Assembly (NCBI GenBank): GCA_021776735.1
Contig: JAJFFH010000008.1
Location: 4,490 to 68,489, forward strand
Source: Planctomycetota bacterium
GTDB taxonomy: Bacteria > Planctomycetota > PLA2
Reading direction: 5' to 3'
Length of the DNA: 64,000 nt
Shown here: one piece after another, positions 25,851 through 33,656 of the stretch
Layout: each line of letters starts with the position of its first letter
How positions within the stretch are numbered: position 1 is the stretch's first letter
Made by a program: the position numbers and the translations under genes
The notes under the pieces: generated by a model
What the model was told of the DNA's origin: nothing
The model's database searches: none
Seen by the model: only the letters and a program-made list of their open reading frames with translations

Positions 25851-28265
25851 ATGACCGAAGAGATCCGGCTCGACCAGGAAAGCGCGTTGCGTGGCTTCGG
25901 CTCGGTCAGTGGCGGTGAGGCGCAACGAACGGAGGAATCGACGGAGCCGCCGGAGCGGCGCTACAGCCTCGAGGGCAAGCTCGGTGCCGGCGGGATGGGC
26001 GAGGTTTTCCTCGTGCGCGACCGGGATCTTCGGCGCAACGTAGCGATGAAGATGTTGTGCGGGGCACCGGATGCGCAGGAGGAGTTGCGCCTGCACTTCA
26101 TCGCCGAAGCGCAGGCGACGAGCCAGCTTGAGCATCCGGGTATCCCGCCGGTGCATGAAATCGGCTTCACCGCGGAGGGCCGCGTCTACTTCACGATGAA
26201 GGTGTTGCGCGGCCGTACGCTCCGGGAGATCATCGATGCGCTTGTTGCATGCGATGCGGGGACGGAGACAGAGTTTACCCTGCACAGACTTGTGACCGTG
26301 CTCGAGCGCGTGGCCGAGACGCTTCATTTTGCGCACGAGTGCGGCGTCATCCATCGCGACCTCAAGCCAGCGAACATCATGCTCGGCGACTACGGCGAGG
26401 TCTATGTGATCGACTGGGGGCTCGCGCGGGTCGAGGGTCAGCAGGACCACGTCGGCGAGAGGCGCCTGCAGACCGCGCGCACCGAATCGGGCCACAAGAC
26501 GCAACACGGTGCGATCCTCGGCACCCTCCCCTACATGAGCCCGGAGCAGTCACTCGGGCAGGCCGACGAAGTTGATGCGCGCTCAGACATCTTCGCCATC
26601 GGGTGTGTCCTGTACGAGATCCTCACGCTGAAACCCGCGTATGACGCGGTCGACTTCTCCGGGTTGTACGCGCAGGTGATCAAGTGCGACTTTCCACCGG
26701 TGGGCTCGCGGAACCCGGAGCGTCCCGTGCCGGGGGAGCTGGAGGCGGCCTGCACCATGGCGATGGCGGCTCGCAAGTCGGAGCGGACATCGTCGGCGGG
26801 CGGGTTGGCGCGCGAGCTGCGTGCATGGCTGGACGGATCGAGCGAGCAGAAGCGGCGTCTCGCAGGGGCTGATTCCCTTGCGGCTCTCGGCGCGCGTGTC
26901 GGACAGCGGGTCGAGGCACTTCGCGGGCAGTTGCGCGACGCCGTCGGGCACGCGGAGGAAGAGGAGGCCCGATACGAGCCGTGGCAATCGCTGGACGAGA
27001 AGCAGTCCCTCTTGGAGGCGCGTCGGCGGGTCGCCGGGCTGCGTCATCGGCAGGCGACGGAGTTCGCGGAGGCGACGAAACTCCTGGACGCCGCGATCGT
27101 TCAAATGCCCAATCATGAGGGTGCCCGCGCGCAGATGGCCTCGCTCTGGAGCACGCGGCTGGAGGACGCGGAGCGGATCCGGGACGACGTGGAGGCCACG
27201 TACGCACTGAATATGGTTCGTCGCTTCGACGATGGCCCGCTCTCGGAGTTCATTTTGGGTGACGGCGTGCTCGACCTCCGCAGCGAACCTTCGTCGGCCG
27301 AGGTCGTCCTGCACCGCTACGAGGATCGCGGCGGCGTGCTGGAGGCGGTCGAGGACCGCGTGCTGGGCATGACGCCGTTGCGCACCCGGCTTCCCATGGG
27401 GTCGTATCTTTGCGTCCTGCGCTGGGAGGGGTGTGCCGATGTTCGCTACCCGGTCCACATCACGCGTTGCCGGGAGTGGAGCGCGACCGTGACGTTGCCC
27501 GCCCAAAGCGACATCGGCGACGGCTTCGTCTACGTCCCGGCAGGCCCTGCTCTGCTTGGTGAGGGCTCGCGGAAGTGCGAGGTCGATCCCGGCGACTTCG
27601 TTATCGGCCGGACGCCGGTCACGCTTGGCCAGTACGCCGAGTTCCTTGAGGATCTGGACCGCACGCGGGGTCGCTCGGCCGCGGCCGAGCATGTTCCGAA
27701 TATGCGCGGCGAAGGCGCGTTCTTGGAGCGCCGCGAGGACGGTCGGTATGCGATCCTCCGCACTGTTTGCGAGGGGTCCGCTCGCGAGCGGTGCGAGGTG
27801 CGCTACGGCGAGGGCTTTGAGCGCAACCTGCCCGTGTTCTGCGTGAGCTGGTACGACGCGCACGCCTACTGCACCTGGATGTCGGAACGGACGGGACGCA
27901 AGTGGCGGCTGCCGACCGAGGCAGAGCGGGAAAAGGCGAGTCGTGGAGTCGACGGCCGCTTGTTCCCGTGGGGCGACCTGCAGGATGCGTCCCTGGCGAA
28001 GTGTCGCGATTCATTCCCCGAAATCGCGCAACCCGAACCGGTCGGGGCGTTCTTGTCCGCTGTCTCGGTGTACGGCATGGCGGATGCCGCGGGCGGCGTC
28101 TGGGACTGGACGGACACGCCGTTCGACAACGACGAGACCTCGATGTTCGTGCGCGGCGGCGCGTGGAACGACGCGCCGGAATACTTGCGCTGTGCCTACC
28201 GCTACTGGATGGATGTCACCAGTCGGGGAACGCTGGTCGGGTTCAGGTGCGCGCGGAGCCTCTGA
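25851..28265 (+). CDS. Ser/Thr protein kinase fused to a formylglycine-generating-enzyme (SUMF1/FGE-sulfatase) domain
   Basis: Kinase motifs [32 protein letters not shown]. The C-terminal FGE-type domain has [15 protein letters not shown] and [18 protein letters not shown]. 804 aa. Confidence 0.9.
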   Translation: MTEEIRLDQESALRGFGSVSGGEAQRTEESTEPPERRYSLEGKLGAGGMGEVFLVRDRDLRRNVAMKMLCGAPDAQEELRLHFIAEAQATSQLEHPGIPPVHEIGFTAEGRVYFTMKVLRGRTLREIIDALVACDAGTETEFTLHRLVTVLERVAETLHFAHECGVIHRDLKPANIMLGDYGEVYVIDWGLARVEGQQDHVGERRLQTARTESGHKTQHGAILGTLPYMSPEQSLGQADEVDARSDIFAIGCVLYEILTLKPAYDAVDFSGLYAQVIKCDFPPVGSRNPERPVPGELEAACTMAMAARKSERTSSAGGLARELRAWLDGSSEQKRRLAGADSLAALGARVGQRVEALRGQLRDAVGHAEEEEARYEPWQSLDEKQSLLEARRRVAGLRHRQATEFAEATKLLDAAIVQMPNHEGARAQMASLWSTRLEDAERIRDDVEATYALNMVRRFDDGPLSEFILGDGVLDLRSEPSSAEVVLHRYEDRGGVLEAVEDRVLGMTPLRTRLPMGSYLCVLRWEGCADVRYPVHITRCREWSATVTLPAQSDIGDGFVYVPAGPALLGEGSRKCEVDPGDFVIGRTPVTLGQYAEFLEDLDRTRGRSAAAEHVPNMRGEGAFLERREDGRYAILRTVCEGSARERCEVRYGEGFERNLPVFCVSWYDAHAYCTWMSERTGRKWRLPTEAEREKASRGVDGRLFPWGDLQDASLAKCRDSFPEIAQPEPVGAFLSAVSVYGMADAAGGVWDWTDTPFDNDETSMFVRGGAWNDAPEYLRCAYRYWMDVTSRGTLVGFRCARSL

Positions 28266-28269
28266 GGCT

Positions 28270-29211
28270 TCACAAGCTCTCGCGCCGCCGTCGGTGCGCG
28301 TAGAGCCCGGCCAAGCCGACGCCGAGAAGAGCCAGCGTTCCCGGCTCGGGAACCGGGTCGGCCGCGGACACCTGAGTCGGCCCGAAGAAGGCTGCGGTGC
28401 CGCCGTCGGTCTGGCCGATCACGCTCGAGTAGGACGTCGTGAGAAACGTGCTGCCGAACGATTCCGGCGCCAACGTCGCGCCGGGCGAGCCGTCCGACTT
28501 CTGGAAGTACCGGTCCCAGTTGGGGAAGATCCCGATGCTCGACGCGGGCTGCGTGTTGCCGTTGTGCGTGCCCTGGGTCGGGCTGCCCCCCATGTTTTGC
28601 TGGTCGATCTCGCTCGCGGTTAGCGCGTCGAGCCAGTCGTAGCTTCCCGGACCGTCGCCGATGCCGAAGATCCCGCCGCCGCCGGTCGCGTAGGTGATCA
28701 GCCCGTTGATCGCCGCCACGCTGCCGAGGTTTCCGAAAATGACGAGCACGCCGACATCGGCGAGGCTCCGGGAGCCCGCCCCGAGTGTGAGGCTGGCGCC
28801 GTCGTAGGAGCCGATGTCGCCGTTCACCGAGGCGCCGCCGAGGAAACCGGTCAGGTCGCCCGCACTGTAGTAGCCGATTTCCCAGTCGCCCAGACCGTCC
28901 GGCGGTATGTCGATTCCGCCGAGCACACGAGAGCGGTCCGGGTCGGACACGTTGTTGAAACCGGCGGTGAGATAGGCGAAGGCGGAGCCGAAGCCGGTCT
29001 TGGTTGCAGCGTCGTCCCGAAAGACGGCCACAGAGACGTTGCCGTTGGTCGCCGTGGTTCCCAGATAATGGAGAGCGTCTTGCAGGAACGCCCAACCGCC
29101 GTGGTTGCCCCCGGCGTCCGCATCGCCCGCCGGTACCGGCTCGAATCCCGAAACCACCAAGTCGGCCGACGCGACCGAGACCATGAACACTATCGCAAAC
29201 ACATACCGCAT
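28270..29211 (-). CDS. PEP-CTERM sorting-domain secreted protein
   Basis: The C-terminus VPEPGTLALLGVGLAGLYAHRRRRESL is a PEP-CTERM anchor. Start chosen at ATG 29211 (MRYVFAIVFMVSVASA signal, GGAGGAG 4 nt upstream) rather than 29262. Confidence 0.8.
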   Translation of the reverse strand: MRYVFAIVFMVSVASADLVVSGFEPVPAGDADAGGNHGGWAFLQDALHYLGTTATNGNVSVAVFRDDAATKTGFGSAFAYLTAGFNNVSDPDRSRVLGGIDIPPDGLGDWEIGYYSAGDLTGFLGGASVNGDIGSYDGASLTLGAGSRSLADVGVLVIFGNLGSVAAINGLITYATGGGGIFGIGDGPGSYDWLDALTASEIDQQNMGGSPTQGTHNGNTQPASSIGIFPNWDRYFQKSDGSPGATLAPESFGSTFLTTSYSSVIGQTDGGTAAFFGPTQVSAADPVPEPGTLALLGVGLAGLYAHRRRRESL

Positions 29212-29262
29212 CTCACTCCTCCACACAGGCCGTACGGGCAGGCCGTACGGGACGATTACCAT

Positions 29263-29811
29263 TCAAAAGCCTACCGAATACACCACGAGGGATGAAGCCA
29301 ATTCCGTGTCCGGGCTCTTGCCGACCTGGGTCAGCTCGCCACACGAAGCGTTGCAGTGCTGTCGGTGCCACCTTCCGAACAGGACCGCCTCGTTTTGTGC
29401 GCACCGGCTTGCGTCCGGATCGTCCGTGGTGCCCGCGGTGCGGAGCCACTCTACATACGGCATCGGCAGGTCGTGCTCGACCGCACCCGCGACAACGAAC
29501 GCCTTGTACCAGCGATACGGTTGCAGGCCGGTGCGGAGGTCTGTGGCGACGTAGGTTGCAGCGTCGACCACGGTGTCGAACTGGAGCGCGAACGGACCTT
29601 CGGTCTCGTTCGAGATCACCAGGACAGTGTCTTTCTTGTAGCCGGCGCCGACACCCTCCGCACGGTCGAGGGCCGCCTCTTCGGCGCGCGGCTCAAGCCG
29701 GCGGCCTTCCACGTATCCCGTACCGACCGGCGTCGCGGAAGGCGTGCGCGCGCGCAGGCGCGCCGTCAGCATGTTCGATCCGTAGGCGAAGTAGTAAGAC
29801 GTGTCGGGCAT
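29263..29811 (-). CDS. gamma-glutamylcyclotransferase (AIG2/GGCT)-like protein
   Basis: YYFAYGSNMLTARLRAR at the N-terminus, and later ALDRAEGVGAGYKK, YRWYKAFVVAGAVEHDLPMPYVEWL. These resemble GGCT-like proteins, possibly shortened after GYVEGRRL. Confidence 0.65.
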   Translation of the reverse strand: MPDTSYYFAYGSNMLTARLRARTPSATPVGTGYVEGRRLEPRAEEAALDRAEGVGAGYKKDTVLVISNETEGPFALQFDTVVDAATYVATDLRTGLQPYRWYKAFVVAGAVEHDLPMPYVEWLRTAGTTDDPDASRCAQNEAVLFGRWHRQHCNASCGELTQVGKSPDTELASSLVVYSVGF

Positions 29812-29817
29812 GTCTCC

Positions 29818-29823
29818 ACGGTA
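29818..29823 (-). promoter_or_regulatory. -10-like hexamer TACCGT, 6 nt before ATG 29811
   Basis: Bottom strand reads TACCGT-ggagac-ATG. Confidence 0.45.
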
Positions 29824-29954
29824 GCCCCCGTGTGCCCGCGCGCCTCCTGATCTGTCCTTGGAGGACTCGTCCGAGACGGGAGTCCGGACCGCTGCGCCCC
29901 GGGTGGCGTGGCAGGATCCGGGAGACGGATCCCTGGTGCGCGGAGGCGATCGCT

Positions 29955-29973
29955 GATATCGCCGTCCGTTTGC
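29955..29973 (+). repeat. ATCGCCGTCCGT motif copy (exact core 29958-29969, top strand)
   Basis: GATATCGCCGTCCGTTTGC followed by T6; 56 nt upstream of ATG 30030. Confidence 0.9.
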
Positions 29974-30015
29974 TTTTTTCGCGTGGTTGCTTGAAATGAA
30001 ACCCGGACGACCGGG

Positions 30016-30021
30016 TACATA
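30016..30021 (+). promoter_or_regulatory. -10-like hexamer TACATA (imperfect), 8 nt before ATG 30030; TTGAAA at 29991-29996
   Basis: TTGAAA-19 nt-TACATA-8 nt-ATG. Confidence 0.4.
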
Positions 30022-30029
30022 GGGGCGGC

Positions 30030-32291
30030 ATGGCAGTAACTCCCGACGTCTTGTGGCAACGCTGGCGCCGTTCGCGGCGGGCGGATGCGTTTGAGACTCT
30101 CGTCAAGCCGCACCTGCCGTACGTCGCGGACCTTGCGCGGCGGCAGGGGGTTTCGGCGGCGGATGCCGAAGACGTGGTGCAGGAAACGCTGCTCGAACTT
30201 GCGCGCGAGCGCAGCGACGAGCCCGTGCGCGTCGGCGTGCGGCCGTGGCTTGCGCGGCGCGTGCGCTTTCGGGCCAAGAAATCGATTCGGTCGTCGGTGC
30301 GGCGACGGCGGCACGAACAGGCCGGCCGCCGGTCGCGCAAGACGGCGGACGAGACGAGTTCCGTGCGGCTCGAGGTGCGCGAAGAGGTCGAGGCGGCCCT
30401 GGCGCTGCTGCGGCCGGCGGAACGACAGGCAGTCGTGCTGCGCTACCTGCACGACATGGACTACCGCGAGATCGCCTACGTGCTCGGGGTGTCGGAGAAC
30501 GCGGGCCGGATCAAGGTGCATCGCGGCATCGGAAAGCTGCGGCGTTCGCTCGGCGGGCATGCGGCAGCGCTCGTTGCCGCGCTGGGCCTTCCGCGCATCG
30601 GCGAGGCCGCGGTCATTCTCAAGACGACCAGTATGGCGGTTGCGACCACGGCGGGCGCAACGGCCGGTATTGGGAAAGGGGTTCTTCTCATGGGCACCGG
30701 AATCAAGTTTGGTGCCGCCGTCGTGATCGGCGCGGCGATCGCCGCTGTCGGCATGATGGCGTTCTACGAGGGATCGACGGCGGGCCGCACGGAAGGGTCG
30801 CGCGGGTCTGGTATGCCGGTCGGGCGGTCGGTGGATCCGGACGGCCCTGCCACGACCCGCTTGATGGCGGAACTCGACGTCACGGGCGAGGAGGCGGAAT
30901 GGGTCAAGAATGCCCTGACGCACGAACGGCTGCGGCGCGAGAACGCGCGTATCCTGCCGGAGGACACCGGCCTCGACATCATCGAACGTCGTCTGAAATG
31001 GGACGCCGAGGTCGATGAGCTGGTCAGCGACTTCGACCGGTTCGCAGGTCACGTGCAGGCAGCGCCGGGCAAGGTTGCGCGTTTCGAAGCGACGGGCGAC
31101 GTGACGAAGGTCAACCTCGGCGAGCTTGCGCCGGGGGTCGCCGTGATCGAGTTCGGGCCGGGGACGTTCCAGCTCGGTCGTGGGTCGCGCGACTTTCACT
31201 ACGCGCGCAAAGACATTCGCCATCTCGAGATTCGGGGCGCGGGCATGGATCAAACCAGGGTTGTGCTCGGGTCGAGCGATCTACTGACTGCGGCCGCCCG
31301 AGTCGAGCATCTTCGCATTCACGACCTGACGCTGGACGGCGGCAAGCGAGGATCGATGTTTCTCGATGTCCGCGGCAAAGTCGCGGCCGTCTTCGAGAAG
31401 GTACGATTCAAGAGGTGGCCGAGCGGCGGATACAGCTCGGCCATCGGGCTGTCCGGCGGTGCCTACGTGGGCTGTCGCAATTGTGAGTTCCTCGGCGGGT
31501 ACGGACACGGCGGCACCGGCGTGATCTCGTTTCGCGGGACTGGAATTGCCTCGTTCGACCGCTGCGTCTTCGCGGACATACCGACGACGGTGTACGGAGG
31601 CAACGGGGCAGCCCCAAAGAGCGTGGTGCACTTCGAGCGCTGCGTCTGGGAAAACACACAGCTGGCCCATGCCGGCCTGCTCTATCAGGGCACCCGCGAG
31701 TTTCCGATCACGGTGCGCGGCGGCAAGGTCCACTACGAGTCCGCCAAGGCGTGGGGCCGGCAGTTCGCCCAGAGCGTAGAAGCCGTCGAGTTTTCCGCGC
31801 GCATTCCGCGGTGCCGCCTGTCGGACTTGCTGCGGATTGTGCGTGGCGTGAAGGCGAGCCTGGAGGAGGGCCAGCGTGTACAGGGCGTCCAGCTCGTGGC
31901 TGCGAGACCGGAGCCGCCGCGCGAATTCATCGTCTACCTATGGCATTCCTCGGACTACATCATGAGAATGCACAAGGCCAAGCGCTCGGTGCGGATAGCG
32001 CCGATCTATGTGACGTGGGAAGGATCGGGGGTCAAGATCTGGCCGGAAGACCGCCGCCGGCGGCTGCCCAACTACCACCCCGGTTCGCTGATGGAAGGTG
32101 CGCGCGATATTGAAGACGTGGTTGCGCGTGCCGGGCTCGATCCTTCGATGGAGGCCTACGGCATCATCCAGACGAGCCATTCCACGCGAGGCGCCGCGAC
32201 GCCCGCTGTCGAGTTGCGCGACGAGCGCGCCCGGAGGCAGGTGGTCCTTGACGCCGTCACGGGCGAGGTGCGGGCGAAGAACCCCCGGTAG
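30030..32291 (+). CDS. ECF-type sigma-70 domain fused to a TM segment and a large extracytoplasmic (beta-helix-like) domain
   Basis: Residues 1-190 have sigma region 2 (DAEDVVQETLLELARE) and region 4 (RQAVVLRYLHDMDYREIAYVLGVSENAGRIKVHRGIGKLRRSL). A hydrophobic stretch follows (GKGVLLMGTGIKFGAAVVIGAAIAAVGMMAF), then about 500 aa with repetitive G/V-rich strands. Single uninterrupted 753-aa ORF. Confidence 0.8.
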   Translation: MAVTPDVLWQRWRRSRRADAFETLVKPHLPYVADLARRQGVSAADAEDVVQETLLELARERSDEPVRVGVRPWLARRVRFRAKKSIRSSVRRRRHEQAGRRSRKTADETSSVRLEVREEVEAALALLRPAERQAVVLRYLHDMDYREIAYVLGVSENAGRIKVHRGIGKLRRSLGGHAAALVAALGLPRIGEAAVILKTTSMAVATTAGATAGIGKGVLLMGTGIKFGAAVVIGAAIAAVGMMAFYEGSTAGRTEGSRGSGMPVGRSVDPDGPATTRLMAELDVTGEEAEWVKNALTHERLRRENARILPEDTGLDIIERRLKWDAEVDELVSDFDRFAGHVQAAPGKVARFEATGDVTKVNLGELAPGVAVIEFGPGTFQLGRGSRDFHYARKDIRHLEIRGAGMDQTRVVLGSSDLLTAAARVEHLRIHDLTLDGGKRGSMFLDVRGKVAAVFEKVRFKRWPSGGYSSAIGLSGGAYVGCRNCEFLGGYGHGGTGVISFRGTGIASFDRCVFADIPTTVYGGNGAAPKSVVHFERCVWENTQLAHAGLLYQGTREFPITVRGGKVHYESAKAWGRQFAQSVEAVEFSARIPRCRLSDLLRIVRGVKASLEEGQRVQGVQLVAARPEPPREFIVYLWHSSDYIMRMHKAKRSVRIAPIYVTWEGSGVKIWPEDRRRRLPNYHPGSLMEGARDIEDVVARAGLDPSMEAYGIIQTSHSTRGAATPAVELRDERARRQVVLDAVTGEVRAKNPR

Positions 32292-32299
32292 ATGCGGCG

Positions 32300-32318
32300 G
32301 ACATCGCCGTCCGTTTGC
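32300..32318 (+). repeat. ATCGCCGTCCGT motif copy (exact core 32303-32314, top strand)
   Basis: GACATCGCCGTCCGTTTGC; 8 nt after stop 32291 and 44 nt before GTG 32363. Confidence 0.9.
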
Positions 32319-32350
32319 TTTCTCGGGGTTTGTTCCCGGGATCCTTTTGG

Positions 32351-32356
32351 CAGAAT
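32351..32356 (+). promoter_or_regulatory. -10-like hexamer CAGAAT, 6 nt before GTG 32363
   Basis: xAxAAT hexamer at leaderless-type spacing. Confidence 0.4.
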
Positions 32357-32362
32357 CCCTGT

Positions 32363-33610
32363 GTGCCGGTTCATGGAAGCGTTGAGAATTTCATCCCGTT
32401 TCGTCGTGCGGAGCTCGTCGAGTTTTGTGCGGACGAGGGGCGTCTGGATGACGGGGACGCGGGGCGTTTTCGGACGTTGGCGCGGCTTGTGTCGGCGCTC
32501 TACCACCACGAGTTTCACGAACGACTCGAGCGGTTGAAGGCGGCGTTCGCTCCGTACGATCCCGACGCCGACACGCGTGCCCTGGGCGAGGCGGGCGGCA
32601 TCGACGTCGGGGCCCTGGTCGAGGAGTTCGAGGACGTGCTGTTGCGCGCGAACTACGAGAAGGTTTCGGAGGCCGACCTCGAACTGGCGCTCGAGGAGCG
32701 TTCGCTGATTCAGTTCGACGTTCGCGTCGACTTCGACGACTTTCAGGACATGCTGCTCTACAAGCGCGGCGCGCGGTCCGTGCCCGTTGAGTTTCGCAAG
32801 GGCATCTGGCCGTTTCGCAAGACCAGGACGATGGTCGTCGAGAGCTTCGACCGGCTGGTGATGCTGCTGCGCTACAAGGACGCCGACTACTTCGCGCGCC
32901 GCGACCGCAAGCCGAAGAAGCTGCCGTTCGAGCCGGGAAAGATGTACGTGCAGCTCTTCAAGGACATCCCGCGCGCCGACTTCGAGGTTCTGTTTCCCAA
33001 CGTGCGCATCGGGATGACACGGAAGCACAAGGCGTTCTTCATCGTGCCGGCGCTCGGCGCGGGGATTCCGGTGGCGATCAAGGTCGTCGTCTCGCTGGCT
33101 GCGCTGTTTACGGCGATCTCGATCTTCCTCGGCCTCGAGAAGGGCGGCGACGCCGCCGCGATCGCGGGCGCCACGGCCGGGCTCACCGCGCTGGCGGCCC
33201 TCGGCGGCTACCTGTTCCGGCAGTACGCGAAGTACAAGGGCACGATCACGCAGTTCCTCAAAGGCATGACCGAGCAGCTCTTCTTCAAAAACATCGACTC
33301 GAATACCGGCGTGTTCCGCACCCTCATCGACGAGGCCGAGGAGGAAGAGGGCAAAGAGGCACTGCTCGCCTACTACCACCTGCTCGCCGGCGGATCCGCG
33401 ACCGCGTCCGACCTCGACCGCCGCATCGAGAAGTGGTTTGCCGACCGCCTCGACGCCAAGCTCGATTTTGAGATCGAGGACGCGCTGGGCAAACTCGAGA
33501 AGCTCGAACTCGTCCGCCGCAACGGCGAGGTCTTAGAGGCGCTGCCGCTACCGGACGCCATCCGCCGCGCCGACGAGATCTGGGACGGACTCTACGACCC
33601 GGACGCGTAG
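32363..33610 (+). CDS. DUF3754/TMEM143-like membrane protein
   Basis: QLFKDIPRADFEVLFPNVRIGMTRKHKAFFIVPALGAGIPVAIKVVVSLAALFTAISIFLGL resembles my memory of the DUF3754 core. Start set at GTG 32363; the ORF-track TTG 32315 lies inside the motif. Confidence 0.65.
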   Translation: MPVHGSVENFIPFRRAELVEFCADEGRLDDGDAGRFRTLARLVSALYHHEFHERLERLKAAFAPYDPDADTRALGEAGGIDVGALVEEFEDVLLRANYEKVSEADLELALEERSLIQFDVRVDFDDFQDMLLYKRGARSVPVEFRKGIWPFRKTRTMVVESFDRLVMLLRYKDADYFARRDRKPKKLPFEPGKMYVQLFKDIPRADFEVLFPNVRIGMTRKHKAFFIVPALGAGIPVAIKVVVSLAALFTAISIFLGLEKGGDAAAIAGATAGLTALAALGGYLFRQYAKYKGTITQFLKGMTEQLFFKNIDSNTGVFRTLIDEAEEEEGKEALLAYYHLLAGGSATASDLDRRIEKWFADRLDAKLDFEIEDALGKLEKLELVRRNGEVLEALPLPDAIRRADEIWDGLYDPDA

Positions 33611-33645
33611 GCCCAACCCGGAGGCAGCGTACGGACGGCGATGCC
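33513..33645 (+). repeat. direct repeat copy 1 (3' end of gene 32363..33610 plus motif)
   Basis: About 90 percent identical by eye to 36020..36146, with one 6-nt and one 1-nt indel. The two copies bracket the LRR gene. Confidence 0.85.
33627..33645 (-). repeat. ATCGCCGTCCGT motif copy (exact core 33631-33642, bottom strand)
   Basis: GCGTACGGACGGCGATGCC; 16 nt after stop 33610 and 11 nt before the LRR gene stop. Confidence 0.9.
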
Positions 33646-33656
33646 TTTGCGCGGGT

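Noticed and set aside
29260-29265. In-frame TGA between the GGCT-like ORF and ORF 28270..29262, as a fourth selenocysteine site.
   Set aside because: The TGA is not in any Cys-motif context. The downstream protein has its own Shine-Dalgarno, ATG (29211) and signal peptide. The 17 intervening codons look non-coding.
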